Source: a virus. Taken from it: 64,000 nt of DNA. The notes under the pieces are model-generated. The model was not told where the DNA came from, made no database searches, and saw only the letters and a list, made by a program, of their open reading frames with translations. Each line of letters opens with the position of its first letter. Within the stretch, counting starts at the first letter, position 1. Both the position numbers and the translations under genes were made by a program. Of the stretch, positions 27,053 to 36,592 are shown piece after piece. The stretch covers positions 32,876 to 96,875 of the IMG/VR virus record IMGVR_UViG_3300017605_001488; one strand, written 5' to 3'.

Positions 27053-27627
27053 TTGCTCGAGCTCCCACACGGCGGCGGTGCCGCGAGCGTCTTGCCCTTC
27101 TTGTGGGCGACGATGACCTTGAGCCCGTCCTCGACGACGATGCCGACGCATTCGACAGCGAGCTGTTCCGGGGTGATGGCTGGGTTCTTCTCGTACGCGT
27201 TGATGGCGCACACGGCAGTGTCCACGCCCATCTTCTCGGCGGCGGCGGTGCGCGCGGGCGTGCACGACATCACGCCGAACCACGCCACGACGAGCACGAG
27301 GCTCGCACCCATGATGAATGCCGGCAACGTGGGCGTTTTCGGCTTCGGCTTGAGGCCGTATTTCGCGAGGTACGCCGCGGGCGGGTTACCCGTGATGACC
27401 ACGACGAGCCACACGATTCCGGTGACCGGGTCGAGCCCGAACGCTTTGAGGACCTTGAATACCGCGGCCACGCGGGGGTACTTCGCGAGCAGGGCGTCCC
27501 ATCCCCCGGTCGTCATCCACTTGATGAGCGGGTTGGCCACGATCGTCACCAACGGGACGATGACGAACAACCAAATGGAGGGGTGCGCAGCAGCGAAGGC
27601 TTTCAGCCAGGCGGTGATCTGGTCCAT
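27049..27627 (-). CDS. multi-TM membrane protein (holin/spanin-like)
   Basis: Three hydrophobic segments, then VMS-C and a Cys-containing tail; in lysis position. Confidence 0.6.
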   Translation of the reverse strand: MDQITAWLKAFAAAHPSIWLFVIVPLVTIVANPLIKWMTTGGWDALLAKYPRVAAVFKVLKAFGLDPVTGIVWLVVVITGNPPAAYLAKYGLKPKPKTPTLPAFIMGASLVLVVAWFGVMSCTPARTAAAEKMGVDTAVCAINAYEKNPAITPEQLAVECVGIVVEDGLKVIVAHKKGKTLAAPPPCGSSSK

Positions 27628-27658
27628 CCGCGCAGCCTAGGCCCGGACCGCCGCACGG

Positions 27659-27925
27659 TCAACGCTTGATGACGGGGTGGGGTCCGGTGTTCCCCGTCGC
27701 CACCCGATCCAACGCCTCGCGGGCACCGGCCTCACGCTCCCGAGCGAGCATCAACGTCTTGACCTCGCCCTCGGCAGCGGACACGCGCGCTTCCAGGTCC
27801 TCGACCTGTTTGGCGAGCGCCTTGTGGTTAGCCGAGCCGGTCGTGATTCGACCCACGAGGTAGGCTGTCGCGGACACCGCGGCGACCACTACCCCGGTTC
27901 CGATCTTCACGAGGCTGTCGTCCAT
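27659..27925 (-). CDS. TM + coiled-coil protein (holin/i-spanin-like)
   Basis: GGAGGAG RBS before MDDSLV; one TM then heptad coil. Confidence 0.6.
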   Translation of the reverse strand: MDDSLVKIGTGVVVAAVSATAYLVGRITTGSANHKALAKQVEDLEARVSAAEGEVKTLMLAREREAGAREALDRVATGNTGPHPVIKR

Positions 27926-28088
27926 CGTCGCTGCTCCTCCCGGGCGGGTGATCCGACCGTCGCGCAGCGGCAACCTGTAGGCGTTGCACGGATACGACGG
28001 CTTGGTGGTTGTTGATGTAGGGCCGAATCAGCCCGGCCGCGCATGCGACCAGGACGATGATGCACGTCACGATTGCTGCCTCGACCAT
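27828..28088 (-). CDS. small N-terminal TM protein (lysis cassette)
   Basis: MVEAAIVTCIIVLVACAAG; purine-rich RBS; overlaps next ORF. Confidence 0.45.
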   Translation of the reverse strand: MVEAAIVTCIIVLVACAAGLIRPYINNHQAVVSVQRLQVAAARRSDHPPGRSSDDGRQPREDRNRGSGRRGVRDSLPRGSNHDRLG

Positions 28089-28145
28089 GGTGTCACCCTT
28101 TCCCCCTAAGAGCTAGCAACACGAAAAGCGCAAGAATCGTAACCG

Positions 28146-29414
28146 CTATGCCTTGACCCAAACGACCACGAGCTGGATGGGTCCGATCGACTGCGGATTG
28201 CCGGCACCGGCGCTGCGGAAGAACTGGAGACGGACGTGGTGCGTGCCGGCAGCGACGGCGGTGTAGATGCCGACCGGCGTGGCGTGGAATTCGAGCGCAC
28301 CCGTCACGACCTCCTCGGTGTTGCCGAGGTCGTGTTCTGACGCGTCGGGGTGCACGACACACACGCGGCCCTTGAGCGTGTCGCCGCCGGCGGCGAACCA
28401 ATGCGTGTTCGCCATCACGATCAGCTTGTCGCCGTTGGCCACGCTGGCGATCGAAATGTCCATCGTGCCGACGGTCTCGTACGCGGCGGCCGTGGTCACG
28501 TGCGACCCCGCATCCGTCACGGTGTAGACGTTCACCACCTTCAGCGTGCCGATGAACGGCGCCACCTGATTGATGAAGTCGCTGACGAATCCGCCCGCGA
28601 AGTTGCCGTCGGCGTTCGCGTGAATCTTGGCTGCACCGGCACCCGCGCCGAGGTCGCTGATGATCTTATCGAGCTGCGCCTCGACGGTCGCCGCGGGGTT
28701 GGTCGTGCCGTCGGCCCACGCCGGACCACCCGCATAGTTGATGTCGGCGGCCGGGTGCTTGTCGGCGGCACCGGTCACGTGGTTGTTGTAGTAGGACAGC
28801 AGGTTCGACAGCGCGGTGTTCACCTGCCCTTGCGTGATGGCGCGCGGTGACCCGGAGATCACGATCGAGCTCTCGCGACGGGTCGTGCTGATGTCGGCGT
28901 TGAAGATTTGCGTGGTGCCGAAGACGAGCTTGGCGTCGGCCAACAGCACGTTCGTGCCATCGAGCGCCGGACGCACGCCGAGGCCCGCACCCGCTTCCGC
29001 ACCGGCCACGACTTTGAATTTGAACGACTCCGCGCGTTGGAAGTACACGGTGAGCCCGTTGCCGTCGGTGCGCGGGTCGGTGAGCACCCGATCCGTCTGT
29101 GCGAAGATGGACAACCACCGCTCGTTCCCGGGGGCGGCCACCGCGGTCGATACGAGGTTGTAGTCCTTCGAGCAATCGACGTTCTGTGTGCTCGGGATGT
29201 TGATGCGTTGTCCGGACTTGTCGTAGACGACGCCGCCCGCCACCTGCACGGTGAGGTCGGGCACGCCCTGCTCGGCAACGGTCGACCCGGTGATGATGCC
29301 GATGCGCCCGTGGTCCGTGACCAACGCCTTGTCGGCGGTCTCGCAATACGTGAATCCCTGATCGAGCTCGGCCTCGGTGACCTTCTGCCGGAAGTAGTAG
29401 TCCAATCGGTTCAT
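28146..29414 (-). CDS. tail fibre / receptor-binding protein
   Basis: Last structural gene after the baseplate; N-terminal baseplate-attachment-like region, beta-rich C-terminus; AAGGAG RBS. Confidence 0.7.
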   Translation of the reverse strand: MNRLDYYFRQKVTEAELDQGFTYCETADKALVTDHGRIGIITGSTVAEQGVPDLTVQVAGGVVYDKSGQRINIPSTQNVDCSKDYNLVSTAVAAPGNERWLSIFAQTDRVLTDPRTDGNGLTVYFQRAESFKFKVVAGAEAGAGLGVRPALDGTNVLLADAKLVFGTTQIFNADISTTRRESSIVISGSPRAITQGQVNTALSNLLSYYNNHVTGAADKHPAADINYAGGPAWADGTTNPAATVEAQLDKIISDLGAGAGAAKIHANADGNFAGGFVSDFINQVAPFIGTLKVVNVYTVTDAGSHVTTAAAYETVGTMDISIASVANGDKLIVMANTHWFAAGGDTLKGRVCVVHPDASEHDLGNTEEVVTGALEFHATPVGIYTAVAAGTHHVRLQFFRSAGAGNPQSIGPIQLVVVWVKA

Positions 29415-29440
29415 GGGTCGAGCTCCTTCGCGAGACTACC

Positions 29441-30853
29441 TTAGTGCAGGTCCCACGTCACGCCGAGTTCAGACAGGCCGAGCTCGATGTGGTCGATGAC
29501 GGTCGGCGGCGTCGGCTCGATGAGGAACACGAAGTGCGTGTGCGCCGGCTTCATGTAGACGACAATCCCGCGGATTTTCGCCCGTTGGTCATCCGTCAGA
29601 AGCACCCCCACGGTCACGTTGAACGCGTACTTGGCGAACGACCCCGACGGGCCGAGCTCCCACGTCCCGGAGTCGAATAGCCCGATGTCACCGAGCTCGC
29701 TCTCCCCGAGGATCATCCCGCCGAGCACGTACGGTACGATCGTGATCTCGATGCCGGTGAAGAACCGCACCGCATTGACGATGCCGATGTTGGTGCCCTT
29801 CGACTTGTAGATAGGCACGAGCAACGGGACGAGTCGACGCTTATCCGCAAGCGTGAGCTCGAACGCGAACGGGTTGCCGAGGTCGGCGAGCATCGCGTCG
29901 ACGAATTGCTCGGGGGCGGTATCCGGGTCGAGAATGTCCGTCCACGAATCGATCTCGCACAGCTGGAGATCGGTCACGTCCTGCAAACACGCGATGAACT
30001 TCTCGAGGTCCTTCGTGCCGGCTTGGTCCTCGCGGCGGTTCATCGCGGGGAGCATCTTGTACAGGTCGAAGTCCCGATCCGCTGGCGACGGGCACGCGAA
30101 CGCCGTGAACAACGCCGTGTTGAACGGTGCGACGACGGCGTTGCCGGTCACGTCCGATGCACCGGTGACGGTGACGCGGTAGGTGATTCGCTGTGATAGG
30201 TCGATGTCGACGGTGAGTTCGACGAGCGTGGTCGTGATGGCGCGCACGCTCACGACGTTGGGCGTGACCGCGGGGAACACCTGCGGCACGATCGTCCAGT
30301 TGCCCGGCGTGAGCGCGTCCGCCGTTGCACCGTCGCCGAGCTCGCGCATCGGCTCGTTGAACGCGACGGTGATGGTGCGATGCGCGGTCGACTGTGCGCC
30401 GGTCACCTGCGGTGCGGTCGAATCGACGATCGTGAACGAGTACGTCTCGTCGATGACGCCCATGGCGGCGGCGATGGCATCGGTCGCCGACACGACACGC
30501 ACGGTGACCAGCTGCTCGGACGCGAACGGGGACACGACATCGAGCACGATCGACAGCTGATTGCCGACCACGGTGGCGGCGCTGGACGGGCCATCGAACC
30601 CCACCGCGAAGGTGCCCGTCGATCCGTTGTACACCAACACGCCGTTCACATAGACGCGCGTGGCCGCGACGGTGACCGTGCCGCCGACGGCGGTGTCGAC
30701 CAACCACAACACGATGTCGGTGTCGGCGGGCACGTCCGTCTCGTTCGGTTCGGGAACGCGGTTCACCAAGCGCAACCGCGCCCCCGACGTGTCGAGGATG
30801 ACGGGGTCAACCCAGACGGCGGGGAGTTCGGCGGGTGCGACTTTGGCCATCAC
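29441..30853 (-). CDS. baseplate wedge / tail protein I-like with N-terminal Ig-like domains
   Basis: LP...R..D, LDPD.APEQFVDAML.DLG, YKSKGT..GI, MKPAHT; Ig-like N-terminal region. Confidence 0.8.
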   Translation of the reverse strand: MMAKVAPAELPAVWVDPVILDTSGARLRLVNRVPEPNETDVPADTDIVLWLVDTAVGGTVTVAATRVYVNGVLVYNGSTGTFAVGFDGPSSAATVVGNQLSIVLDVVSPFASEQLVTVRVVSATDAIAAAMGVIDETYSFTIVDSTAPQVTGAQSTAHRTITVAFNEPMRELGDGATADALTPGNWTIVPQVFPAVTPNVVSVRAITTTLVELTVDIDLSQRITYRVTVTGASDVTGNAVVAPFNTALFTAFACPSPADRDFDLYKMLPAMNRREDQAGTKDLEKFIACLQDVTDLQLCEIDSWTDILDPDTAPEQFVDAMLADLGNPFAFELTLADKRRLVPLLVPIYKSKGTNIGIVNAVRFFTGIEITIVPYVLGGMILGESELGDIGLFDSGTWELGPSGSFAKYAFNVTVGVLLTDDQRAKIRGIVVYMKPAHTHFVFLIEPTPPTVIDHIELGLSELGVTWDLH

Positions 30854-31314
30854 ACCACCGCCGTTTCGAGTCGATACTTGATCGTCTGGTTGCCTACGAG
30901 CTGCGACACATCGACCGCGCCGTCACGGATGATGAGCGTGCGCCCCGGGTACAACGTGCGCCGGTATCGAACCGCGTTGATGGCCCACGAAAACACCCAA
31001 TAGACGACGCCCGACACCATGTTGCCGTCGGCGGTGTCGCGACACGCGCGCACGATTCCACCGTCGGGTTGGACCGTGTCGCCCGTGAGCAGCGCCGGCG
31101 GACGCACGTGCGCCGTGAACCGCACGAGCTTGATGCCGGTGACATCGGCGGTTTGCGTGACCTCGATGCTGTCCGCATCGACGATCTGCTGCACGTCGCC
31201 CGCGAGGTCGGAGCCGAGACAGAAAACGAACGCACCGAGCTCCGGCGTGACGCCCGTGGGCGCAATGCGCCCTTGGGTGACGCCGAATCGTCGAGTGAGG
31301 ACGCCGAGGGCCAT
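30850..31314 (-). CDS. hypothetical virion protein
   Basis: Tightly packed in baseplate operon. Confidence 0.65.
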   Translation of the reverse strand: MALGVLTRRFGVTQGRIAPTGVTPELGAFVFCLGSDLAGDVQQIVDADSIEVTQTADVTGIKLVRFTAHVRPPALLTGDTVQPDGGIVRACRDTADGNMVSGVVYWVFSWAINAVRYRRTLYPGRTLIIRDGAVDVSQLVGNQTIKYRLETAVV

Positions 31315-31317
31315 GGC

Positions 31318-32013
31318 CTACAGCTGCCGATAGCATTCGACCTGATCGACGAAGCCGCGACGGGTGACATCCTTGGTCGCGAACGCGAACCCGATGCGTC
31401 CTGACGTGTATGGCGCGCTGCCGGAGTTGATGCCGAGCGCGTCGTCCCGGAACTCGGTAAGACCCGGCACGTTCGTCCACACCGGTGCGGTGACGACATG
31501 CGCGCCGAGGTCGCTTTGAAACGCCTGGAGAATCACGTCGCCGTTCGTGTTGACGATCATGTCGAGACGAAGGTGGAGCCACGTGCCCGGCGCATATGCG
31601 GCCGTGCTGCGTCGGAGGATGCCGTTACCCGTCGCGCCGGCGGGGATGCCACCGTTGATGGCTCCTTTGCGGAGCGCGATGCGGTGCGGGTCGTCGTCTT
31701 GCAGTCCGAGGATGTACGCGAGGTCGCCGACGGCTCCGCCCTGTGCACCGATGAACAACAGCGGCGTGAAGTTGAGCGGGCCGCCCGAGATGCCGCGTTG
31801 AATGGCAGCACGGATCGAACCGCCCTTCGCCATCGGCGCGAAGCTACCGAGGTTGCAGTACAACCCATGCGCGCCCGCCGACGCCGCCAAGCTGTTCCAA
31901 CCGTAGAGGAAGCTCCCCCCACCGGACGGGACGGCGATGCCTGCGGTCACGCCACGTGCGACCGAACCCGCAATCAGGCTCCCGGTCAATTCCGTCCAGT
32001 CCGCGCTCGCCAT
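31318..32013 (-). CDS. hypothetical virion protein (beta-sandwich/lectin-like)
   Basis: AGGAGG RBS before MASADW; W.HLRLD, G.IGF patterns. Confidence 0.65.
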   Translation of the reverse strand: MASADWTELTGSLIAGSVARGVTAGIAVPSGGGSFLYGWNSLAASAGAHGLYCNLGSFAPMAKGGSIRAAIQRGISGGPLNFTPLLFIGAQGGAVGDLAYILGLQDDDPHRIALRKGAINGGIPAGATGNGILRRSTAAYAPGTWLHLRLDMIVNTNGDVILQAFQSDLGAHVVTAPVWTNVPGLTEFRDDALGINSGSAPYTSGRIGFAFATKDVTRRGFVDQVECYRQL

Positions 32014-32021
32014 GGTGCCTC

Positions 32022-32861
32022 CTACAGTAGCAGATTCTCGGTCCAGTAGAGCGTTTCGTCCCCGTGCAGGACAACCGCGCCACCGCCCGAGGTCGTGATG
32101 TTGATGGCGGCACCGCCCGGCGTGAGCGAGAGCTGCAACGACACGCCGGGCACGACTCCCACGGCGTAGTACGTGACCTGCTCCTCGAGCGGTTGGGGCA
32201 ACACACCGCCGTCGTTCTTCAACGTGATGGCGTCGTTGAGCACGAACCCGTGCCCCGGGGCGTTGAACACGTCGGTGACGGGGTCGGCGCTGTACACGGC
32301 GTCGAGCCGGACCTCCTCGAAGTCCTCGAAGTTCTGCGGAACGGCACCATCGAAAATGCCGGCGATCACATCGCCACCGCCGAAGATGAACAACGGCGCG
32401 GCAACCCACGTCTCGAAGTTGTCGAAGTTGGCCGGACCGGTGAACACGGCAACCGACACGTCGCCCGGCGCGAACACCCCGAGGTACGGCACGTTCGCCC
32501 AGCCCGTCTCGAAGTCGTCGAAGTCCTGCGGACCGGTGAACACCGCCACCGCTTCCGGACCCATCTCGAACAGGTAGTCCTGATTTCCGGACCACAGCTC
32601 CTCGAACGTCTCGGCATGTTGGGGGACAACCGACAACGTCGTGAAGTTCGGCACCGCGAGGTCGGTGGGCACGCCGACGAATGCGAAGAACGCACCGTCG
32701 TTGGTCCAACCCTTCTCGAAGTCCTCCCACGGGCGCGGACTCGTCCCGGGGTAGAACACGGCAATGTCTTGGAACGCGTCGACACCCGTGGCGGTCCACG
32801 ACGCGGCCGTGCCCGGCGTTGCACCGGCCGTCTCGAACGAGAGGTTGGTGGGCGCGGGCAT
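32022..32861 (-). CDS. virion protein with five acidic F/W repeats and a C-terminal HGF..(G/N)D..YY module
   Basis: Repeats WEDFEKGW, AETFEELW, FDDFETGW, FDNFETW, FEDFEE. Confidence 0.7.
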   Translation of the reverse strand: MPAPTNLSFETAGATPGTAASWTATGVDAFQDIAVFYPGTSPRPWEDFEKGWTNDGAFFAFVGVPTDLAVPNFTTLSVVPQHAETFEELWSGNQDYLFEMGPEAVAVFTGPQDFDDFETGWANVPYLGVFAPGDVSVAVFTGPANFDNFETWVAAPLFIFGGGDVIAGIFDGAVPQNFEDFEEVRLDAVYSADPVTDVFNAPGHGFVLNDAITLKNDGGVLPQPLEEQVTYYAVGVVPGVSLQLSLTPGGAAINITTSGGGAVVLHGDETLYWTENLLL

Positions 32862-32864
32862 GGG

Positions 32865-34370
32865 CTACAACGGCAGGCCGGTGTCACCGTCAAGGACTGT
32901 GACGGTGCCGAGCTCGGGGAATTCGTTGGTGGCGATCGACACATCCGACGCCACGCCGTTCAACAACAACCCGGACGAGCCGGGATCGATCTTGCGCACG
33001 CCGGGCAGGTCGCGAATGGCATCGAAAATGTCGGACCACGCGAGCGCACCCGCTGCGATGCCGTTGGCGTTGACGTAGTTGGCACCGAAGTCGATGAGCT
33101 CGTTCGGCGTGCCGTCGACGTTGGTGATGGCGAAGAACCCCGCCAGTGCTGCAAGCACGGCCGCCTTGACCGCCGCGCCGGTGTATCCCTGGCGTTTGAA
33201 CACCGTGACGGTGACCGCGACCGCCTTGTAGATTGGATCGTGCACTTCGGGCGTGAACGTCAGCGTGCACGGATACACGGTCGTGACTTGAGCGAGCACC
33301 GACGCCTTGAGCTCCGACGACGGCACACCGCCCCCTTGCGGGACGATGTACAGGTGGCCGGTGTTCTCCGGCACGCCGGGGTCCTCGTTGCTCGTGAGCA
33401 TCAACGCGCGCGCGACCGCGGGCAGCCGCTTCGCGTTGATGACGAAGTCCTCGCGCGCCACCGAGTTCGTCGGCGCGCGAATGCTTTGCGGGGCGGCGAT
33501 CTTGATCTGCGCATTCGACATGCGCGGAGCGCCGCCCGACGCTTTGAGTGGGTTGGTGACCGACACCTCGACGGGCGTGCCGAACGCATCGGTGTACGTG
33601 CGTTCGAGCTCGGAGATGGTGCCCGGTTCGACGTTGCCGTCGGAGCCGCCGCCGGTCTTGTAGCTATCGGTGATGGTACCCGACGGGATGGCGCCGTTGA
33701 TGCCGTTCCCAAATCGCAACCGCGCACGGTCGTTCTGGTCGACCACGACGGTGAAGTGCTTATCGGTCGACGTGGAATTGAGGAAGTTCGTGACCTGCAC
33801 GTACGCGCCATCGGCCGCGACGACTTGCGAGCTGTCGTCGAGGTACGGCGTCGCCGACAACACGAACTCCTGATTGGCCAGGCCGGTGCTCGTGAATACG
33901 TCCTGTGCGTTGACGGAGTTTTCGACATCGACGGCGATGCTAGTCGACCCCGCCGGAATGACCGCCGCCGCGAGCAGTTGGAACCGCACCGCACCGGTCA
34001 CGTCGCGCGTGCGCACGAAGTCCCCGAGCGGGATGGTCACCGCACCGGCAACCGGTGCCGGGATCGACAACGTCACGCTCACCGTCGCCGCCGACGCACC
34101 CGGGGGCACGAACCCGAGCAGCTTCACCAGGCCGAGCAGGCTCTTGCGCTGTGATGCCGTGACGATGCGTGACTCGATCGCGTTGTTGTCCTGATAGAAC
34201 CCGAGCACGTCGCCCACGAAGCAATAAAGCTCGACCAACAAGTTGCCGAAGTTCGAGACGTTCTCGTCGGTCCACGCCGGGAACACGCTTCGAATGAGCT
34301 TGAACAACCGAACTCGCAACGAGTCGAAGTCCGTGTCGGTGTAGTCCACGCTGCGGGGGAGGATGGCCAT
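32865..34370 (-). CDS. baseplate J/gp47-like protein
   Basis: DYTDTDFDSL, WTD...SNFG..LVEL, FGNGING.IP, GG.DGNV, V.REDF. Confidence 0.92.
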   Translation of the reverse strand: MAILPRSVDYTDTDFDSLRVRLFKLIRSVFPAWTDENVSNFGNLLVELYCFVGDVLGFYQDNNAIESRIVTASQRKSLLGLVKLLGFVPPGASAATVSVTLSIPAPVAGAVTIPLGDFVRTRDVTGAVRFQLLAAAVIPAGSTSIAVDVENSVNAQDVFTSTGLANQEFVLSATPYLDDSSQVVAADGAYVQVTNFLNSTSTDKHFTVVVDQNDRARLRFGNGINGAIPSGTITDSYKTGGGSDGNVEPGTISELERTYTDAFGTPVEVSVTNPLKASGGAPRMSNAQIKIAAPQSIRAPTNSVAREDFVINAKRLPAVARALMLTSNEDPGVPENTGHLYIVPQGGGVPSSELKASVLAQVTTVYPCTLTFTPEVHDPIYKAVAVTVTVFKRQGYTGAAVKAAVLAALAGFFAITNVDGTPNELIDFGANYVNANGIAAGALAWSDIFDAIRDLPGVRKIDPGSSGLLLNGVASDVSIATNEFPELGTVTVLDGDTGLPL

Positions 34371-34372
34371 CG

Positions 34373-34897
34373 TCAGACCCTCACGTCCTGGGTCACGTCG
34401 GGGACGATGACCATGTTGCCCGGCACGTTGGCCGCGATGATGTCGTAAAGCAACCCGACGATGAGCGTGTCGAGGCTTTGCAGCGTTTTCGTCTTGGTGA
34501 ACGACACCTCGCGCAACGACACCCGCGGCTCCCACCGCGCGAGCGATTCGGCGATGTACACCCGCCCAAGCGCCTCGAGCACGGCGTCGTTGTTCCGGTG
34601 CTTGATGCGGTACAACACCGACCCGAACTCCGGACGCCACGGGATCTCACCCTGGACGAGCCCGTCCTCCGTCGATGCACACGTGCCGATGACTTGCGAG
34701 ACGCACGCACGCACGTTGGCTTCGTCGCTCCCGTTGGCGAAGTCAGCCTTCTGGTCACGTTGGAACGGGTGCAGAAGGCCCGCGCCGAGGAACGCCCGAC
34801 GCACCGCCGTCGACGACGCGCTCGGCGAGGTCGTGCCCGATCCGCCACCGATGGGGATGGTGTCGGGGAGCAACGGGAACGAAAAAGGCGTGGGCAT
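34373..34897 (-). CDS. baseplate wedge gp25/GPW-like protein
   Basis: GEIPWRPEFGS.L, LARWEPRV. Confidence 0.9.
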   Translation of the reverse strand: MPTPFSFPLLPDTIPIGGGSGTTSPSASSTAVRRAFLGAGLLHPFQRDQKADFANGSDEANVRACVSQVIGTCASTEDGLVQGEIPWRPEFGSVLYRIKHRNNDAVLEALGRVYIAESLARWEPRVSLREVSFTKTKTLQSLDTLIVGLLYDIIAANVPGNMVIVPDVTQDVRV

Positions 34898-34900
34898 GGG

Positions 34901-36592
34901 TCAGGCGTTCTCGAGTCCGGTGATGTCCACAGCATACACCCGGAACGATGGGGAGCCGGTCCAACCGCCCGAACGGCGCACGGAATACCGCCAACCGTTC
35001 GCGATGAGGCTTCGACCCGACAACCCAGAGTAGAACCCGAGGAACGTGTCCCCGTTGTGGACCACTTCGGCGATGCCGGTGTCAGCGTTGGTGACCTCGA
35101 CGATGATGCGGCGGAACGCACTCACCGGGTCGGTGACATCGAACGTGATGGCCTGGTCGCGTGAGATGGGTGTGCCCGCCGACGGGGTGATGTTCCCGAT
35201 GACGGGGTGGGCAGACACGTCATCCGGCGTGACGAACGTGAGCTCGACGACGTTGGTGTCGAGCTGCCCGGCGAGGTCGCGGCACCGCACCTTGACGTAG
35301 TAGCGCGTCGACGGAAGCAATCCGGTGATGGTGGCGCTCGTCGCACCGGCGGCGCTCACCGCGCGCGTCACGAACGGCTGCAACGCCGCGGTCGCGTAGT
35401 GAATCTCGTACACCAACGAACCGGTCGGCGTGACATCGTCGGAGCCGGCAGCCCACGTGAGTGCGCCCGATCGCGGACCGGCCGGGACGGCGGTTTGCAC
35501 GCCGGCGAACGTCGGCGGATTGTCCGAACTCAGCGTGACGGACACCTCGACGCTGTTGGTGTCGCCGACGTTGCTCGTGTCGAACGCGCGGACCTTGAAG
35601 TAGTACGTGGTCCCTGGCGTGAGTCCGACGATGTCGAGATGCGTGGCGCCGACGACCTCGAACCCGGGAACGAACGGTTGCAACGCGCTGGTCGACATGT
35701 GCACGCGGTACGTGATGGACGCCGCGAGGTCGTGATCGTCCGTCGCGGCGGACCAGGACACGCGCGCGCTCGTGAGTCCGAGCGCCGCCACACCGGTCGC
35801 GCCGGCGAACGTCGGCGCCACATCGGGCGTGACACTGATCTCTGCACCCGCGTTCGCGTTGAAGTTTCCGGCCTCGTCACGGCATCGCGCACGGAAGTAG
35901 TACGTTTGCCCGGGCAATAGGTCGGTGATGACCAGGCTCGTCGCGCCCTTCACGGTGCCGCGCACGGCGAACGGTTGCGAGGCCGATGTCGAAACGTGCA
36001 CCTCGTACGTGAGGTTCGACGGCGAGCTCGTCGTGTCCGAACCTGCCGACCACGAACACGTCACCGAGCTCAAGCTCGAGACAACAACGCTGACAAGTCC
36101 GCCGAACGTCGGCGGCACGAGATCGCCAACGATGGCGCCGACGCCGAAGCGCGACAGGTCGAAGGGTAGGAGTGCGACGTTGCCGTGGTCGGCGCGCACG
36201 TCGTTACCGGCCTTCGTGAGCGTCGTACCTACCTGCACTTGATCGGCGCACTGCCCTCCGCGTGACTTCGTCGAATCGAAGGCGATATTTTCCCTGCCAC
36301 CCCGAATGAGGAATCGCGTCTGCTCGCCCGTGAGTCCGTTACGTGCACCCTCCGCGTTCAACAGCTCCAACGCCGGGTGATCGGCACGGATGTCGTTACC
36401 CGCCTTCGTCGTGGTGTTCGAGACCTGAACTTGGGAGAACGATTGCCCGCCTTCGACGAGGCTCCGCGTCGTGTCGACAACGAACTGCTCGTAGTTTGTG
36501 AGGACGAGACGGCCCGTCTGCTCGCCGACCAACGCGTGCGTCGCGCTCGGTCCCATGAGCGGCGCCACGGCTCCGCGCGCGGTCGAGGCCAT
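34901..36592 (-). CDS. virion protein with three fibronectin type III domains
   Basis: TAATG overlap; three PTF(A/G)G...W.A..D...Y...L.P.T.YY..VR..D units; N-terminal duplicated TKAGND.RADH. Confidence 0.85.
   Translation of the reverse strand: MASTARGAVAPLMGPSATHALVGEQTGRLVLTNYEQFVVDTTRSLVEGGQSFSQVQVSNTTTKAGNDIRADHPALELLNAEGARNGLTGEQTRFLIRGGRENIAFDSTKSRGGQCADQVQVGTTLTKAGNDVRADHGNVALLPFDLSRFGVGAIVGDLVPPTFGGLVSVVVSSLSSVTCSWSAGSDTTSSPSNLTYEVHVSTSASQPFAVRGTVKGATSLVITDLLPGQTYYFRARCRDEAGNFNANAGAEISVTPDVAPTFAGATGVAALGLTSARVSWSAATDDHDLAASITYRVHMSTSALQPFVPGFEVVGATHLDIVGLTPGTTYYFKVRAFDTSNVGDTNSVEVSVTLSSDNPPTFAGVQTAVPAGPRSGALTWAAGSDDVTPTGSLVYEIHYATAALQPFVTRAVSAAGATSATITGLLPSTRYYVKVRCRDLAGQLDTNVVELTFVTPDDVSAHPVIGNITPSAGTPISRDQAITFDVTDPVSAFRRIIVEVTNADTGIAEVVHNGDTFLGFYSGLSGRSLIANGWRYSVRRSGGWTGSPSFRVYAVDITGLENA

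Noticed and set aside
34901-36592. Diversity-generating retroelement template/variable repeats
   Set aside because: Repeats are ordinary FN3/peptide duplications; no reverse transcriptase and no adenine-specific mismatch pattern seen
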